From Spongiibacteraceae bacterium (GTDB lineage Bacteria; Pseudomonadota; Gammaproteobacteria; Pseudomonadales; CAMLJR01), in assembly GCA_047602265.1 (NCBI GenBank), contig JASGHU010000001.1, positions 2,691,546 through 2,755,545 on the forward strand: a stretch of 64,000 bases of DNA, in the 5' to 3' direction. Below are positions 20,090 to 28,098 of this stretch, piece after piece; positions within the stretch are counted from its first letter, which is position 1; the number at the start of each line of letters is the position of its first letter. A program made the position numbers and the translations under genes. A model generated the notes under the pieces. The model had not been told where the DNA came from, ran no database searches, and saw only the letters and a list, made by a program, of their open reading frames with translations.

Positions 20090-21088
20090 GTGAACGAACC
20101 TCTGCATGTCGATGACTACATCAGTGCTGCCACTGCTTCCAATACACGGCGCAGTTATCAATCGGCCATCCAACATTTTGAAATGGAGTGGCGCGGATTT
20201 TTACCCGCGACAGCCGACAGCATTGCGCGTTATCTCGCAGCCTATGCACCGACGCTCGCCCTTAACACATTAAAACAACGACTGGCAGCATTGGCGCAGT
20301 GGCATATCGAGCAGGGTTTTCCCGACCCCACCAAAGCCCCACTGGTTAAGAAAACCTTGAAAGGAATTCAGGCGCTGCATCCAGAACCCATTAAGCGAGC
20401 GAAGCCTTTCCAATTAAACCAATTGGATCATCTGGTGGCCTGGCTCGATCAGCGCATCGCTCTGGCAAGTAGCGCCGAACAACGTCCAACGCGATTAAAA
20501 GCCGCGCGCGATAAAGCGTTGGTATTGATTGGGTTCTGGCGAGGTTTTCGTAGCGATGAACTCGGGAGTTTGCGCGTAGAACATATCACCGCCATTCCTG
20601 ATGAAGGCATGACGCTGTTCGTGCCGTCAACGAAAACAGAGCGCAGCGGTTACGGCGCAACTTTTAAAACGCCAGCGTTATCGCGATTGTGTCCCGTCAC
20701 GGCGTATGCCCAATGGATTGCACTGAGTGAGTTATCGGAAGGACCTGTTTTCCGTCGCATCGATCGGTGGGGAAATATTGGCGATGAGGGCTTGCATCCG
20801 AATAGTTTTATTCCACTGCTGCGAGAATTATTTCGCATCGCAGGTATCGATGATCCCACGAGCTACAGCAGTCATTCGCTACGCCGCGGTTTTGCCACAT
20901 GGGCCAATGCCAATGGTTGGGATATTAAAACATTGATGGAGTACGTCGGCTGGAAAGACGTGCAATCGGCGATGCGCTATATCGATGTTGGCGATGCATT
21001 TGTACGTCAACGCATCGAACAGGCAATACTCCCGTCAATGCGACCACCGATAACGCAGCAGATTGAAGACGACCACACGCATAAATAA
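20090..21088 (+). CDS. Tyrosine site-specific recombinase/integrase
   Basis: SAM-like N-domain, then a catalytic domain with ...RGFRSDELGSL..., HSLRRGFATWA and ...GWKDVQSAMRYI (the R..HxxR..Y pattern). Confidence 0.85.
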   Translation: MNEPLHVDDYISAATASNTRRSYQSAIQHFEMEWRGFLPATADSIARYLAAYAPTLALNTLKQRLAALAQWHIEQGFPDPTKAPLVKKTLKGIQALHPEPIKRAKPFQLNQLDHLVAWLDQRIALASSAEQRPTRLKAARDKALVLIGFWRGFRSDELGSLRVEHITAIPDEGMTLFVPSTKTERSGYGATFKTPALSRLCPVTAYAQWIALSELSEGPVFRRIDRWGNIGDEGLHPNSFIPLLRELFRIAGIDDPTSYSSHSLRRGFATWANANGWDIKTLMEYVGWKDVQSAMRYIDVGDAFVRQRIEQAILPSMRPPITQQIEDDHTHK

Positions 21089-21118
21089 TTTTTTACGAAC
21101 ACTCAAATAATCGACGGC

Positions 21119-22207
21119 ATGAATATGAGTGAAGAGCTATTGGAAGGCGCTATCTGGTTGCCCGATTTTCCCTTTGAGGATTTGTGCGCAGTCAGCGAGT
21201 TACTGAAAACGGCGGATGTTTTCGTTCCGGGCTATATTCCTCCCGATCGCGGCGTCTACGATTTAGAAGAATTTCTTTATCGTCATATGATCGAGCAAGC
21301 AACCACCATTTTATTGCCCGATCGCAATATCGTTTCGAGAATCGCCCAGGTTGTTCAAGGCGAAGCAATGGATTCGCAGCGAAGGCTTGCGTGTGCGGTG
21401 TTGGCATTTGCTCAAGGTCTTGAGATCGACATCGAACCATCGATTGCTTATCACGAACTCGCGCATAAAAACGATAATGCGACGGCTCATATCGAACTCG
21501 GATGGTTTCGTCGCGGCGATGATTCCGTGTGCACACCCTGGCTCGATGCAGCGCTGGGGCGTAGCGATCGAGTACCACTTTCGCAAAATCCGGTATCGAG
21601 CGACTCTCTCGATTTAGCGCTGCCGTTAAAGCGTTGGCGGCGCAATTATATTGTCGCCCTAAAAATTGCCGCACTCGAATTGAGCGGCGCTCCCGCGTTA
21701 GAAAAAATGGTGAAATTGCTGGAATGGATGCGCGATGATTTTATTTTGGCGGGACCAGCGACGATGTTGGCAGCCGTGTATTTCGCGCCCATGTCGCCCC
21801 CGCGCAAGGGGCTGTTTAAACAACTGCGATCTTCCGATCGCGAACGTGCCATAGCAGGTGTGAGGAATGTGGCATGGGACATTACGCATTTGAGTGATTT
21901 TGTCGCTCGCGTTCAGAACGCATCCCATGACGAAGTACGTTATCTATTTGCCTCGTTCGATCATGGATTATGTACAGTCGCGAGGCTGCTGGTCTCGGAT
22001 AGTGAAAATATCGACGATTATTTGCTGCAGCAATTATCGCCGTGGTGGCCTGATAGCAATGTCGTCGTATTAGTCGAGCATATTGCGAGTGCGTTCAATA
22101 TTCAGCGGGATGCCGCATGGTTTCAGCGACAGCAATCCGATGTTAATAAAATCGATCAATTGATTGCCGAAGGGGAAGCTTTGATTCGCGAAACCACTTA
22201 CGCATAA
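21119..22207 (+). CDS. Hypothetical protein (362 aa)
   Basis: Long ORF with coding-like composition. No motif recognised. Confidence 0.45.
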   Translation: MNMSEELLEGAIWLPDFPFEDLCAVSELLKTADVFVPGYIPPDRGVYDLEEFLYRHMIEQATTILLPDRNIVSRIAQVVQGEAMDSQRRLACAVLAFAQGLEIDIEPSIAYHELAHKNDNATAHIELGWFRRGDDSVCTPWLDAALGRSDRVPLSQNPVSSDSLDLALPLKRWRRNYIVALKIAALELSGAPALEKMVKLLEWMRDDFILAGPATMLAAVYFAPMSPPRKGLFKQLRSSDRERAIAGVRNVAWDITHLSDFVARVQNASHDEVRYLFASFDHGLCTVARLLVSDSENIDDYLLQQLSPWWPDSNVVVLVEHIASAFNIQRDAAWFQRQQSDVNKIDQLIAEGEALIRETTYA

Positions 22208-22241
22208 AGGCAATTGAAATCGCGATAACATTCAATGAATG

Positions 22242-22751
22242 TTACGAACGTTGAATCGGCGTTGCATTCAACAATTGGTCGAGGCGACTTTCGACACGTT
22301 TTTTTAAAGAAGCATCCGCTTGAATGGCCTGCAAGAATCGCTGAGTAGCGCTGCCGAAATCTCTTATTAATACCGCCACACTGATCAACACTAAATCGCC
22401 GCCATCATGTTGGTGAGGACCGTTATCCACGTAGCCAAACTTTTTGGGCGCTGGCACTTTCTTGTGCAGATCTGCCAATGTTGCGAATGTATGGAGTACC
22501 GCGCAGCGCGCGGCGTACAGATCTTTCCCCACGTATTGGTAAGGCTGCTCATCCTCCGTTTTGAGGTAGGTATCCACCCATTCATAAAAATCATTCCGGG
22601 TTTGTCGATCGCGCTCAAGCGGTAGCGATAACCACGCGAACGTATCAATGCCGATATACACCATCGACAGCGCAGCAACCGTAGCGCCGACATCGTAGGC
22701 CGTGGAGATTTCGTTGACCAGATCCTGGATGGGTTTATAGCTCATCGTCAT
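22242..22751 (-). CDS. Hypothetical protein (start moved to the ATG after the GAGGGA RBS; the upstream extension overlaps regulatory repeats)
   Basis: ORF only. No motif recognised. Confidence 0.45.
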   Translation of the reverse strand: MTMSYKPIQDLVNEISTAYDVGATVAALSMVYIGIDTFAWLSLPLERDRQTRNDFYEWVDTYLKTEDEQPYQYVGKDLYAARCAVLHTFATLADLHKKVPAPKKFGYVDNGPHQHDGGDLVLISVAVLIRDFGSATQRFLQAIQADASLKKRVESRLDQLLNATPIQRS

Positions 22752-22776
22752 AACATCCCTCATGCACCTCTGGAAT

Positions 22777-22929
22777 ATCGTACGTTTAAAAATGGTACCG
22801 TAGGCAATCGGTGCCAAACGTACGATAATCCAACAAAGCGCTTAATCTGACCAATTAGATAAATTTTGGGAATAAAAAATGGATTATTTATATTCAATAA
22901 TTCAATTTTCTGGATCGTACGATCCAGAA
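22777..22929. promoter_or_regulatory. Divergent promoter region with three occurrences of an ATCGTACG core: inverted arms ATCGTACGTTT (22777-22787) and AAACGTACGAT (22816-22826), plus the perfect 22-bp palindrome TTCTGGATCGTACGATCCAGAA (22908-22929)
   Basis: Read directly from the sequence. The palindrome ends 18 nt before the sprT-like start. Confidence 0.5.
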
Positions 22930-22947
22930 TTGGTTATTCATTAATCA

Positions 22948-23781
22948 ATGAAAAAACCAACCGAAGTTTTGTACGGTCGGTTTCAAGAGGCCTATGACTT
23001 CTTCAACGACCGTTTATTTGAAAACAAGCTACCCGCTTGCGTGATCACGTTTCAGCGTCAAAAGCGCATTATGGGGTACGTATCGCTGGAGCGCTGGATC
23101 AATCAGCAGCAGGAGTATACCCACGAGTTGGCGATTAACCCAGAATACTTCGCGAATTACCCCCTGGTCGAAATCTGCCAAACCCTCTGCCATGAAATGG
23201 TCCACATCTGGCAAGCCCAATTCGGCAATGCCGGCCGGCGCGGTTATCACAACCGGCAGTGGGCGAACAAAATGATGGTCATCGGCCTCATGCCTTCCAC
23301 GACGGGCGAGCCCGGCGGTGACATTGTCGGTGAGCATGTGGGGGATTACATTCTTAATGATGGGCCTTTCATCAGGGCTTTTAATGAGCTGGCCTCGTCG
23401 GGATTTCATCTGGCCTGGATGGACCGCTATCCCGTCGTGCGAGAGGAAACCACGACTGTCATTTATACTCAGTCAGGAAAACCCGTCGAGCTCGATACCA
23501 AGGCACCTGCAGCCGCCAGTATGTTGATGGAGCGGCGCTCGGAACATTCCACGACACAATTGCCGTATTCGTTTGAAGAGCTAGATGCGGCGTTTACCTC
23601 TGCTTTTACGCCGCAATTGCTGCCGCCTGCACAGGTGGGCAGTGTGCCCACCACACGACCAAAAATATCCAGCAACAAACACAAATACCGCTGTCCGAAA
23701 TGCCATCTGCAGCTATGGGGAAAACCCGAGCTTTACGTTATTTGTGGCGAGTGCAATGCCGCGCTGGTCGAAAGCGAATAA
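22948..23781 (+). CDS. SprT-like zinc metalloprotease domain protein with a C-terminal zinc ribbon
   Basis: N-terminal SprT-like region with HEMVH (HExxH). C-terminal CPKC...CGEC ribbon. Confidence 0.8.
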   Translation: MKKPTEVLYGRFQEAYDFFNDRLFENKLPACVITFQRQKRIMGYVSLERWINQQQEYTHELAINPEYFANYPLVEICQTLCHEMVHIWQAQFGNAGRRGYHNRQWANKMMVIGLMPSTTGEPGGDIVGEHVGDYILNDGPFIRAFNELASSGFHLAWMDRYPVVREETTTVIYTQSGKPVELDTKAPAAASMLMERRSEHSTTQLPYSFEELDAAFTSAFTPQLLPPAQVGSVPTTRPKISSNKHKYRCPKCHLQLWGKPELYVICGECNAALVESE

Positions 23782-23782
23782 C

Positions 23783-26700
23783 CTATGTGCCGAGAATTTC
23801 CCGTAATAGGTCTTGAAGGTCCAGCCGCTTGCCGTCGAATGAAAAGGTATAGCTCCCATTGAAATTGATGTGCGTCCACGCCACGGGTGAACAGTGTTTC
23901 ATTTCTTCAAGCTTTACCAATTGATTGGTGCGTTCGAAACCTTGAACCAACAGCGACAAAATGCTCGAATTGAAATAGATCACACAGTTCGCAATTAAGC
24001 GACTGCATTCGTACCACAGCGAAATTTCCGCATCGGAATTACCACGAAATTGACTGCCATTCACTTCTTCGATGCGACGTAACAGCGCATGGTAGGACTC
24101 ACCACGGTTCAATGCGCGTTGCACATAACCACGAACACTGCTGTCATCGATAAAATCCAACAGATAAATGCATTTGATTAGTCGATCGTATTCGGCCAGT
24201 GCTTTGAATGGATTACTTTTGGCTTTGAAACGCGACATTTTGCGCACGAGATTGGCTTGCGATACCTCCTGACTATGTAAGCTGACCATGACCTGCTGAA
24301 TGAATGCCCAATTTTTCTCAATCAGGTCGTAGTTGATGGGTTTCAGTAAGGTCACCTCGCAACCATTCTCACTCTCTGTGTAGCCGAATAGACTCGCCAG
24401 AATTTTGCCCGGCCGTTTATACCGGGGAGCAAACTCCCAGCCGTGACAGTCCAAGATGGCGAAATTAAATTGATTCGCGCCATGCGTATCGGTCGAGATC
24501 ACATCGGGTTTAATCTCGGACGTATTGTTATAGAGCACGTCAAATAAATAATGCGATTCATGCGTGTACGGTTTCATGATCTCGGCATTGACGGGCACAT
24601 GGTTGGCACACAACGACACGGCCGACAGGCCTTTACCGCGCCCGAAATATTTTGAGGAGTAATGGGTACTGATAGTGTTGTAGCGGCTTTCGAAACGCTG
24701 GCCGTCAAAGCTTGCGTGCAGCACATTTTCTTGAATGTTGTAGTACTTAAAGATTTCCAATTGGGAGATGGCGTTGCTGATGACATCGTTAGCGGCATGA
24801 ATGGTTTCACCGCGCAGGTGATTTTTTTCTGCTTGCCGCAACTCATCGTAGGGAAGATTGCAAAGCGTCGCCATATGATGCGTACCGTAGCGCGTGCCAT
24901 TGGCGACGATACAGGCAATGATGGCGTTCAAATTGGATGGCGGTTTGCGCAGGCGAATATGGGTCAGCTGGGATGAGAAGTTAAGATTTCTTTCCGCAAA
25001 GGCAATAATGTCGCCAATGTGAAGCTGCTTAATTTGACTGTAGAAATCCTCGGATTTATCAACCTCATCCTTGGCGCGACGTTTGATAGTCCATTTTATT
25101 TTCCCGTTATTTTCAGTAAAAATCACGGAAGAGTTTTCGCCCGCACCGAGACGTGCTCCCACAGCCTTTCTTTTCTTCTCCAGCACCGCTTTTTTCTCAG
25201 CGAGTATTTCATTGATTGGCCGCTTTAGTGTTATGTAATTGCTCATCGCGACGAGCTCAGGAACATCCTCAGCCAGTACAAAATCATCTTCGTACCACTT
25301 ATACGATAAGCTGTCCTCAACATAAAATTTCAAGTCTTCAAGCCGGTCCTTGATGCGGATATACATCAACACTTCGGCGCGGATGAGATTGACGCCGCCA
25401 TCGCTGTCATCGGCATCGAATAATAAATAGGGTTTCAACTGCGGTTTAATGAGGCGAGCATCGAAATTCTGCATCTTTCCCGACGTTATCATTTCCTCTT
25501 TGGAGAGACGAACCTGGCGCAACAGCGGTTGAGCTGATTCATCGCGGGAATCGAATGTATGGCAGAGAAATAATTTTCGCAGTATGGTTTTTATGCGGCT
25601 GTGTTTCGCCTCGTAAAATTCCCATTGAAACTCTTTGTGGTCGGTTTTTATGCCGGCGATAAACTTGCTGACGCCAGGCATTTGGTCCTTGGGTAGAATT
25701 TCATAAGCTTTTTTCTGGGCAACAGAAAAAGCTGTCCTCCCTTTAATTTTTCCATCGTAGAAAATATCGATTAGAGGGCTGGCTTTTTTATATTTCTCAT
25801 CCATGTTTTTGAGTTCATTAAATTGTTTGTCCTTGCCATAGATCTCGGCTTCGTCCTCCAATTTGCGCACATGATAGATAAACCCCTGAATCAAAATATC
25901 GCTGATTTGGAAATAGCGTTGATAGAGAAAGCAGGATAAATACAGCGCAAAAGCGCCTGCGGACAATCTGCGTAATCGTGAAATCGAGTAGTAGGTAACC
26001 AGATATGCAAAATAATCGATGTTCTTTTTGGAGAGGCCAAGCGCTTCTACAGAGGCGCAAATGTTCGGAAATACTTCGCTTATTTTCTCAAAGACCTCAA
26101 TTTCCGCATAAATTTCTTTTTTCTGAAAACTTTTTGGTAGCTTTTTTATTTGCGTAATCAGTGGCTTTTTTTCTTCGGCGTAGGCCATTTGCTTAAGGGT
26201 TTCTACATCGCTATCGCCCAAAAAGAATAATATTTTCTCTTCGAGGGCTCGTTCCTCACTTTGGAGCCCCGCGGAAATTATTTTTTGAAGCGTGCTATAC
26301 GCTGGAATAGCTACCTTTTTCTCTGCTAGGTGATGTATACAGCTATCAAACACCTCGCGTGGTTCGACAATCTGAGCAGAAAGGCGGCGAACGAAATCAG
26401 TAAGCTGATGCTTGGCATCATCATAAATTTCATGGCCGTAAAAACCCAAAATAGAGGCATAGATGCGAGATTTTTGGGTACTGCTCAATTCGGCATGGGT
26501 TAATTTCACCGGGATTTGATACTTATTGCGTATATAGACGAGGTCGGTTTTCACCTCCGCGACGGTTGGATTCAGAACTACCGGCTTATATTTGAAATAA
26601 CCCAGCAGCAGGATACGGTAGGCATTGGTAATAGCGTCATTACGAGGGGAGAAAAGTGCTCGTTCAGCGTCATCTAATTCGAAGAAGAACTCTCGTTCGG

Positions 26701-26788
26701 CATCGGTGAATCGCGGTACGCAATAGAGTTCTTCCACCTCTGAGTTAGTCAGTATCTCAATTCTTTTATCATTGTCTGCCATGGTCAT
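23783..26788 (-). CDS. tnpA: Tn3-family DDE transposase
   Basis: N-terminus MTMADNDKRIEILTNSEVEELYCVPRFTDAEREFFFELDD (DUF4158-type), ~1000 aa, C-terminal DDE_Tn3 region. More AT-rich than the flanks by eye. Confidence 0.9.
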   Translation of the reverse strand: MTMADNDKRIEILTNSEVEELYCVPRFTDAEREFFFELDDAERALFSPRNDAITNAYRILLLGYFKYKPVVLNPTVAEVKTDLVYIRNKYQIPVKLTHAELSSTQKSRIYASILGFYGHEIYDDAKHQLTDFVRRLSAQIVEPREVFDSCIHHLAEKKVAIPAYSTLQKIISAGLQSEERALEEKILFFLGDSDVETLKQMAYAEEKKPLITQIKKLPKSFQKKEIYAEIEVFEKISEVFPNICASVEALGLSKKNIDYFAYLVTYYSISRLRRLSAGAFALYLSCFLYQRYFQISDILIQGFIYHVRKLEDEAEIYGKDKQFNELKNMDEKYKKASPLIDIFYDGKIKGRTAFSVAQKKAYEILPKDQMPGVSKFIAGIKTDHKEFQWEFYEAKHSRIKTILRKLFLCHTFDSRDESAQPLLRQVRLSKEEMITSGKMQNFDARLIKPQLKPYLLFDADDSDGGVNLIRAEVLMYIRIKDRLEDLKFYVEDSLSYKWYEDDFVLAEDVPELVAMSNYITLKRPINEILAEKKAVLEKKRKAVGARLGAGENSSVIFTENNGKIKWTIKRRAKDEVDKSEDFYSQIKQLHIGDIIAFAERNLNFSSQLTHIRLRKPPSNLNAIIACIVANGTRYGTHHMATLCNLPYDELRQAEKNHLRGETIHAANDVISNAISQLEIFKYYNIQENVLHASFDGQRFESRYNTISTHYSSKYFGRGKGLSAVSLCANHVPVNAEIMKPYTHESHYLFDVLYNNTSEIKPDVISTDTHGANQFNFAILDCHGWEFAPRYKRPGKILASLFGYTESENGCEVTLLKPINYDLIEKNWAFIQQVMVSLHSQEVSQANLVRKMSRFKAKSNPFKALAEYDRLIKCIYLLDFIDDSSVRGYVQRALNRGESYHALLRRIEEVNGSQFRGNSDAEISLWYECSRLIANCVIYFNSSILSLLVQGFERTNQLVKLEEMKHCSPVAWTHINFNGSYTFSFDGKRLDLQDLLREILGT

Positions 26789-27171
26789 CCGTCCCAAACA
26801 AAAAGGCCGAATTTTAACCAGGGCATGATGACGGCCAGCGTGCATGGCGCACGAAAGTTGGGACGCAAAGGGGCTGAGGCTAGAGAAGGGTCGAAAATGA
26901 CAGTTTTGGGGCAAAAACGCTGCCGGGTTTTTGGTCCCCGAGCCTAGAGCCTAGCGGTCTGCAGGGGCGATGTGTAGGATTTGGCGGAAACTATCTGGAA
27001 CCCCCACTTCCAAAAAATTCTATTTAAATTTTCACAAATCAGTCGCGCTAAACCAATTGATGGCTATAGACGGTTGACGCAACCCATAGAAGAAAACGAT
27101 CTTAGCTTATATCGTTTTTCGAAATCTTAACGCTCAATTATTTGGCATCTTTTTGAATAGGGGTAGATATC

Positions 27172-28098
27172 ATGGCCGAATCTGAAGCGCGTCTCGCCTT
27201 AGGCGACGCTGCGGCTAGACAGCTTGCAAATGCAACGAAGACACGTCCGCAGCTTTCTACAATCTCACCGCGCTGGCTCGTGAATTTTCTGCAATGGCTA
27301 CCGGTCGAAGCGGGTATTTACCGCGTAAACAAAGTTAAAAATCCCCTCAACGTCACCGTTGCCTGCACGCAACGCGACGAGTCGGAATTGCCGCAAACAT
27401 TCGTCGACTACGAAGAAAATCCGCGCGAATATTTTTTGAATTCGGTCACCACCGTGCTCGATGTACATACCCGCGTTTCAGATCTCTACAGCAGTCCTCA
27501 CGATCAGATTAAAGAGCAATTGCGTCTGACGATCGAAACGATCAAAGAACGCCAGGAAAGCGAACTTATCAACAATCCTGAGTACGGTTTGCTTGCCAGT
27601 ATTGCCGACGAACAACGCATTCCGACACTAACCGGCGCTCCTACGCCTGATGATATGGATGACTTGATTTCGAAAGTCTGGAAAGAGCCAGCGTTTTTCC
27701 TCACTCATCCACTGGCTATTGCCGCTTTTGGTCGTGAGTGCACACGCCGCGGTGTGCCACCTCCCACTGTGAGCTTGTTCGGTTCGCAATTTTTAACATG
27801 GCGTGGACTACCGCTGGTGCCGTCGGATAAATTCCCGATTGAAGACGGGAAAACTAAAATTTTGTTGATGCGCGTTGGTGAAAAGCGCCAAGGCGTAGTT
27901 GGTTTATTTCAACCAGGCTTGGCAGGCGAGCAAAGCCCCGGTCTATCGGTACGCTTCATGGGCATCGGTCGCAATGCTATCGCCTCGTATTTAATTTCGC
28001 TGTATTGCTCGCTTGCTGTCCTGACCGAAGACGCTCTCGCAGTTCTCGAAGATGTTGAAGTCGGTAAATATCATGAATACCCCGATACCTACCGCTAA
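27172..28098 (+). CDS. Family 2A encapsulin nanocompartment shell protein (SrpI-like)
   Basis: ~300 aa with no cNMP-binding insertion. The N-terminal ARQLANATKTRPQLSTISPRWLVNFLQWLPVEAGIYRVNKV resembles, from memory, the family 2 shell N-terminus. It sits directly upstream of, and overlaps, a cysteine desulfurase with a long disordered N-terminus. Confidence 0.75.
   Translation: MAESEARLALGDAAARQLANATKTRPQLSTISPRWLVNFLQWLPVEAGIYRVNKVKNPLNVTVACTQRDESELPQTFVDYEENPREYFLNSVTTVLDVHTRVSDLYSSPHDQIKEQLRLTIETIKERQESELINNPEYGLLASIADEQRIPTLTGAPTPDDMDDLISKVWKEPAFFLTHPLAIAAFGRECTRRGVPPPTVSLFGSQFLTWRGLPLVPSDKFPIEDGKTKILLMRVGEKRQGVVGLFQPGLAGEQSPGLSVRFMGIGRNAIASYLISLYCSLAVLTEDALAVLEDVEVGKYHEYPDTYR

Noticed and set aside
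26915-27010. GGGG-containing stretches (rc GGGGACCAAAAACCCGGCAGC...; GGGGGTTCCAGATAG...) and GGGGAAAACCCGAGC at 23717, as Tn3 terminal inverted repeats.
   Set aside because: The candidate ends do not align with each other beyond a few bases. The 23717 candidate lies 66 nt from the tnpA stop, inside an apparently intact zinc-ribbon coding segment. Reported only as an open question.
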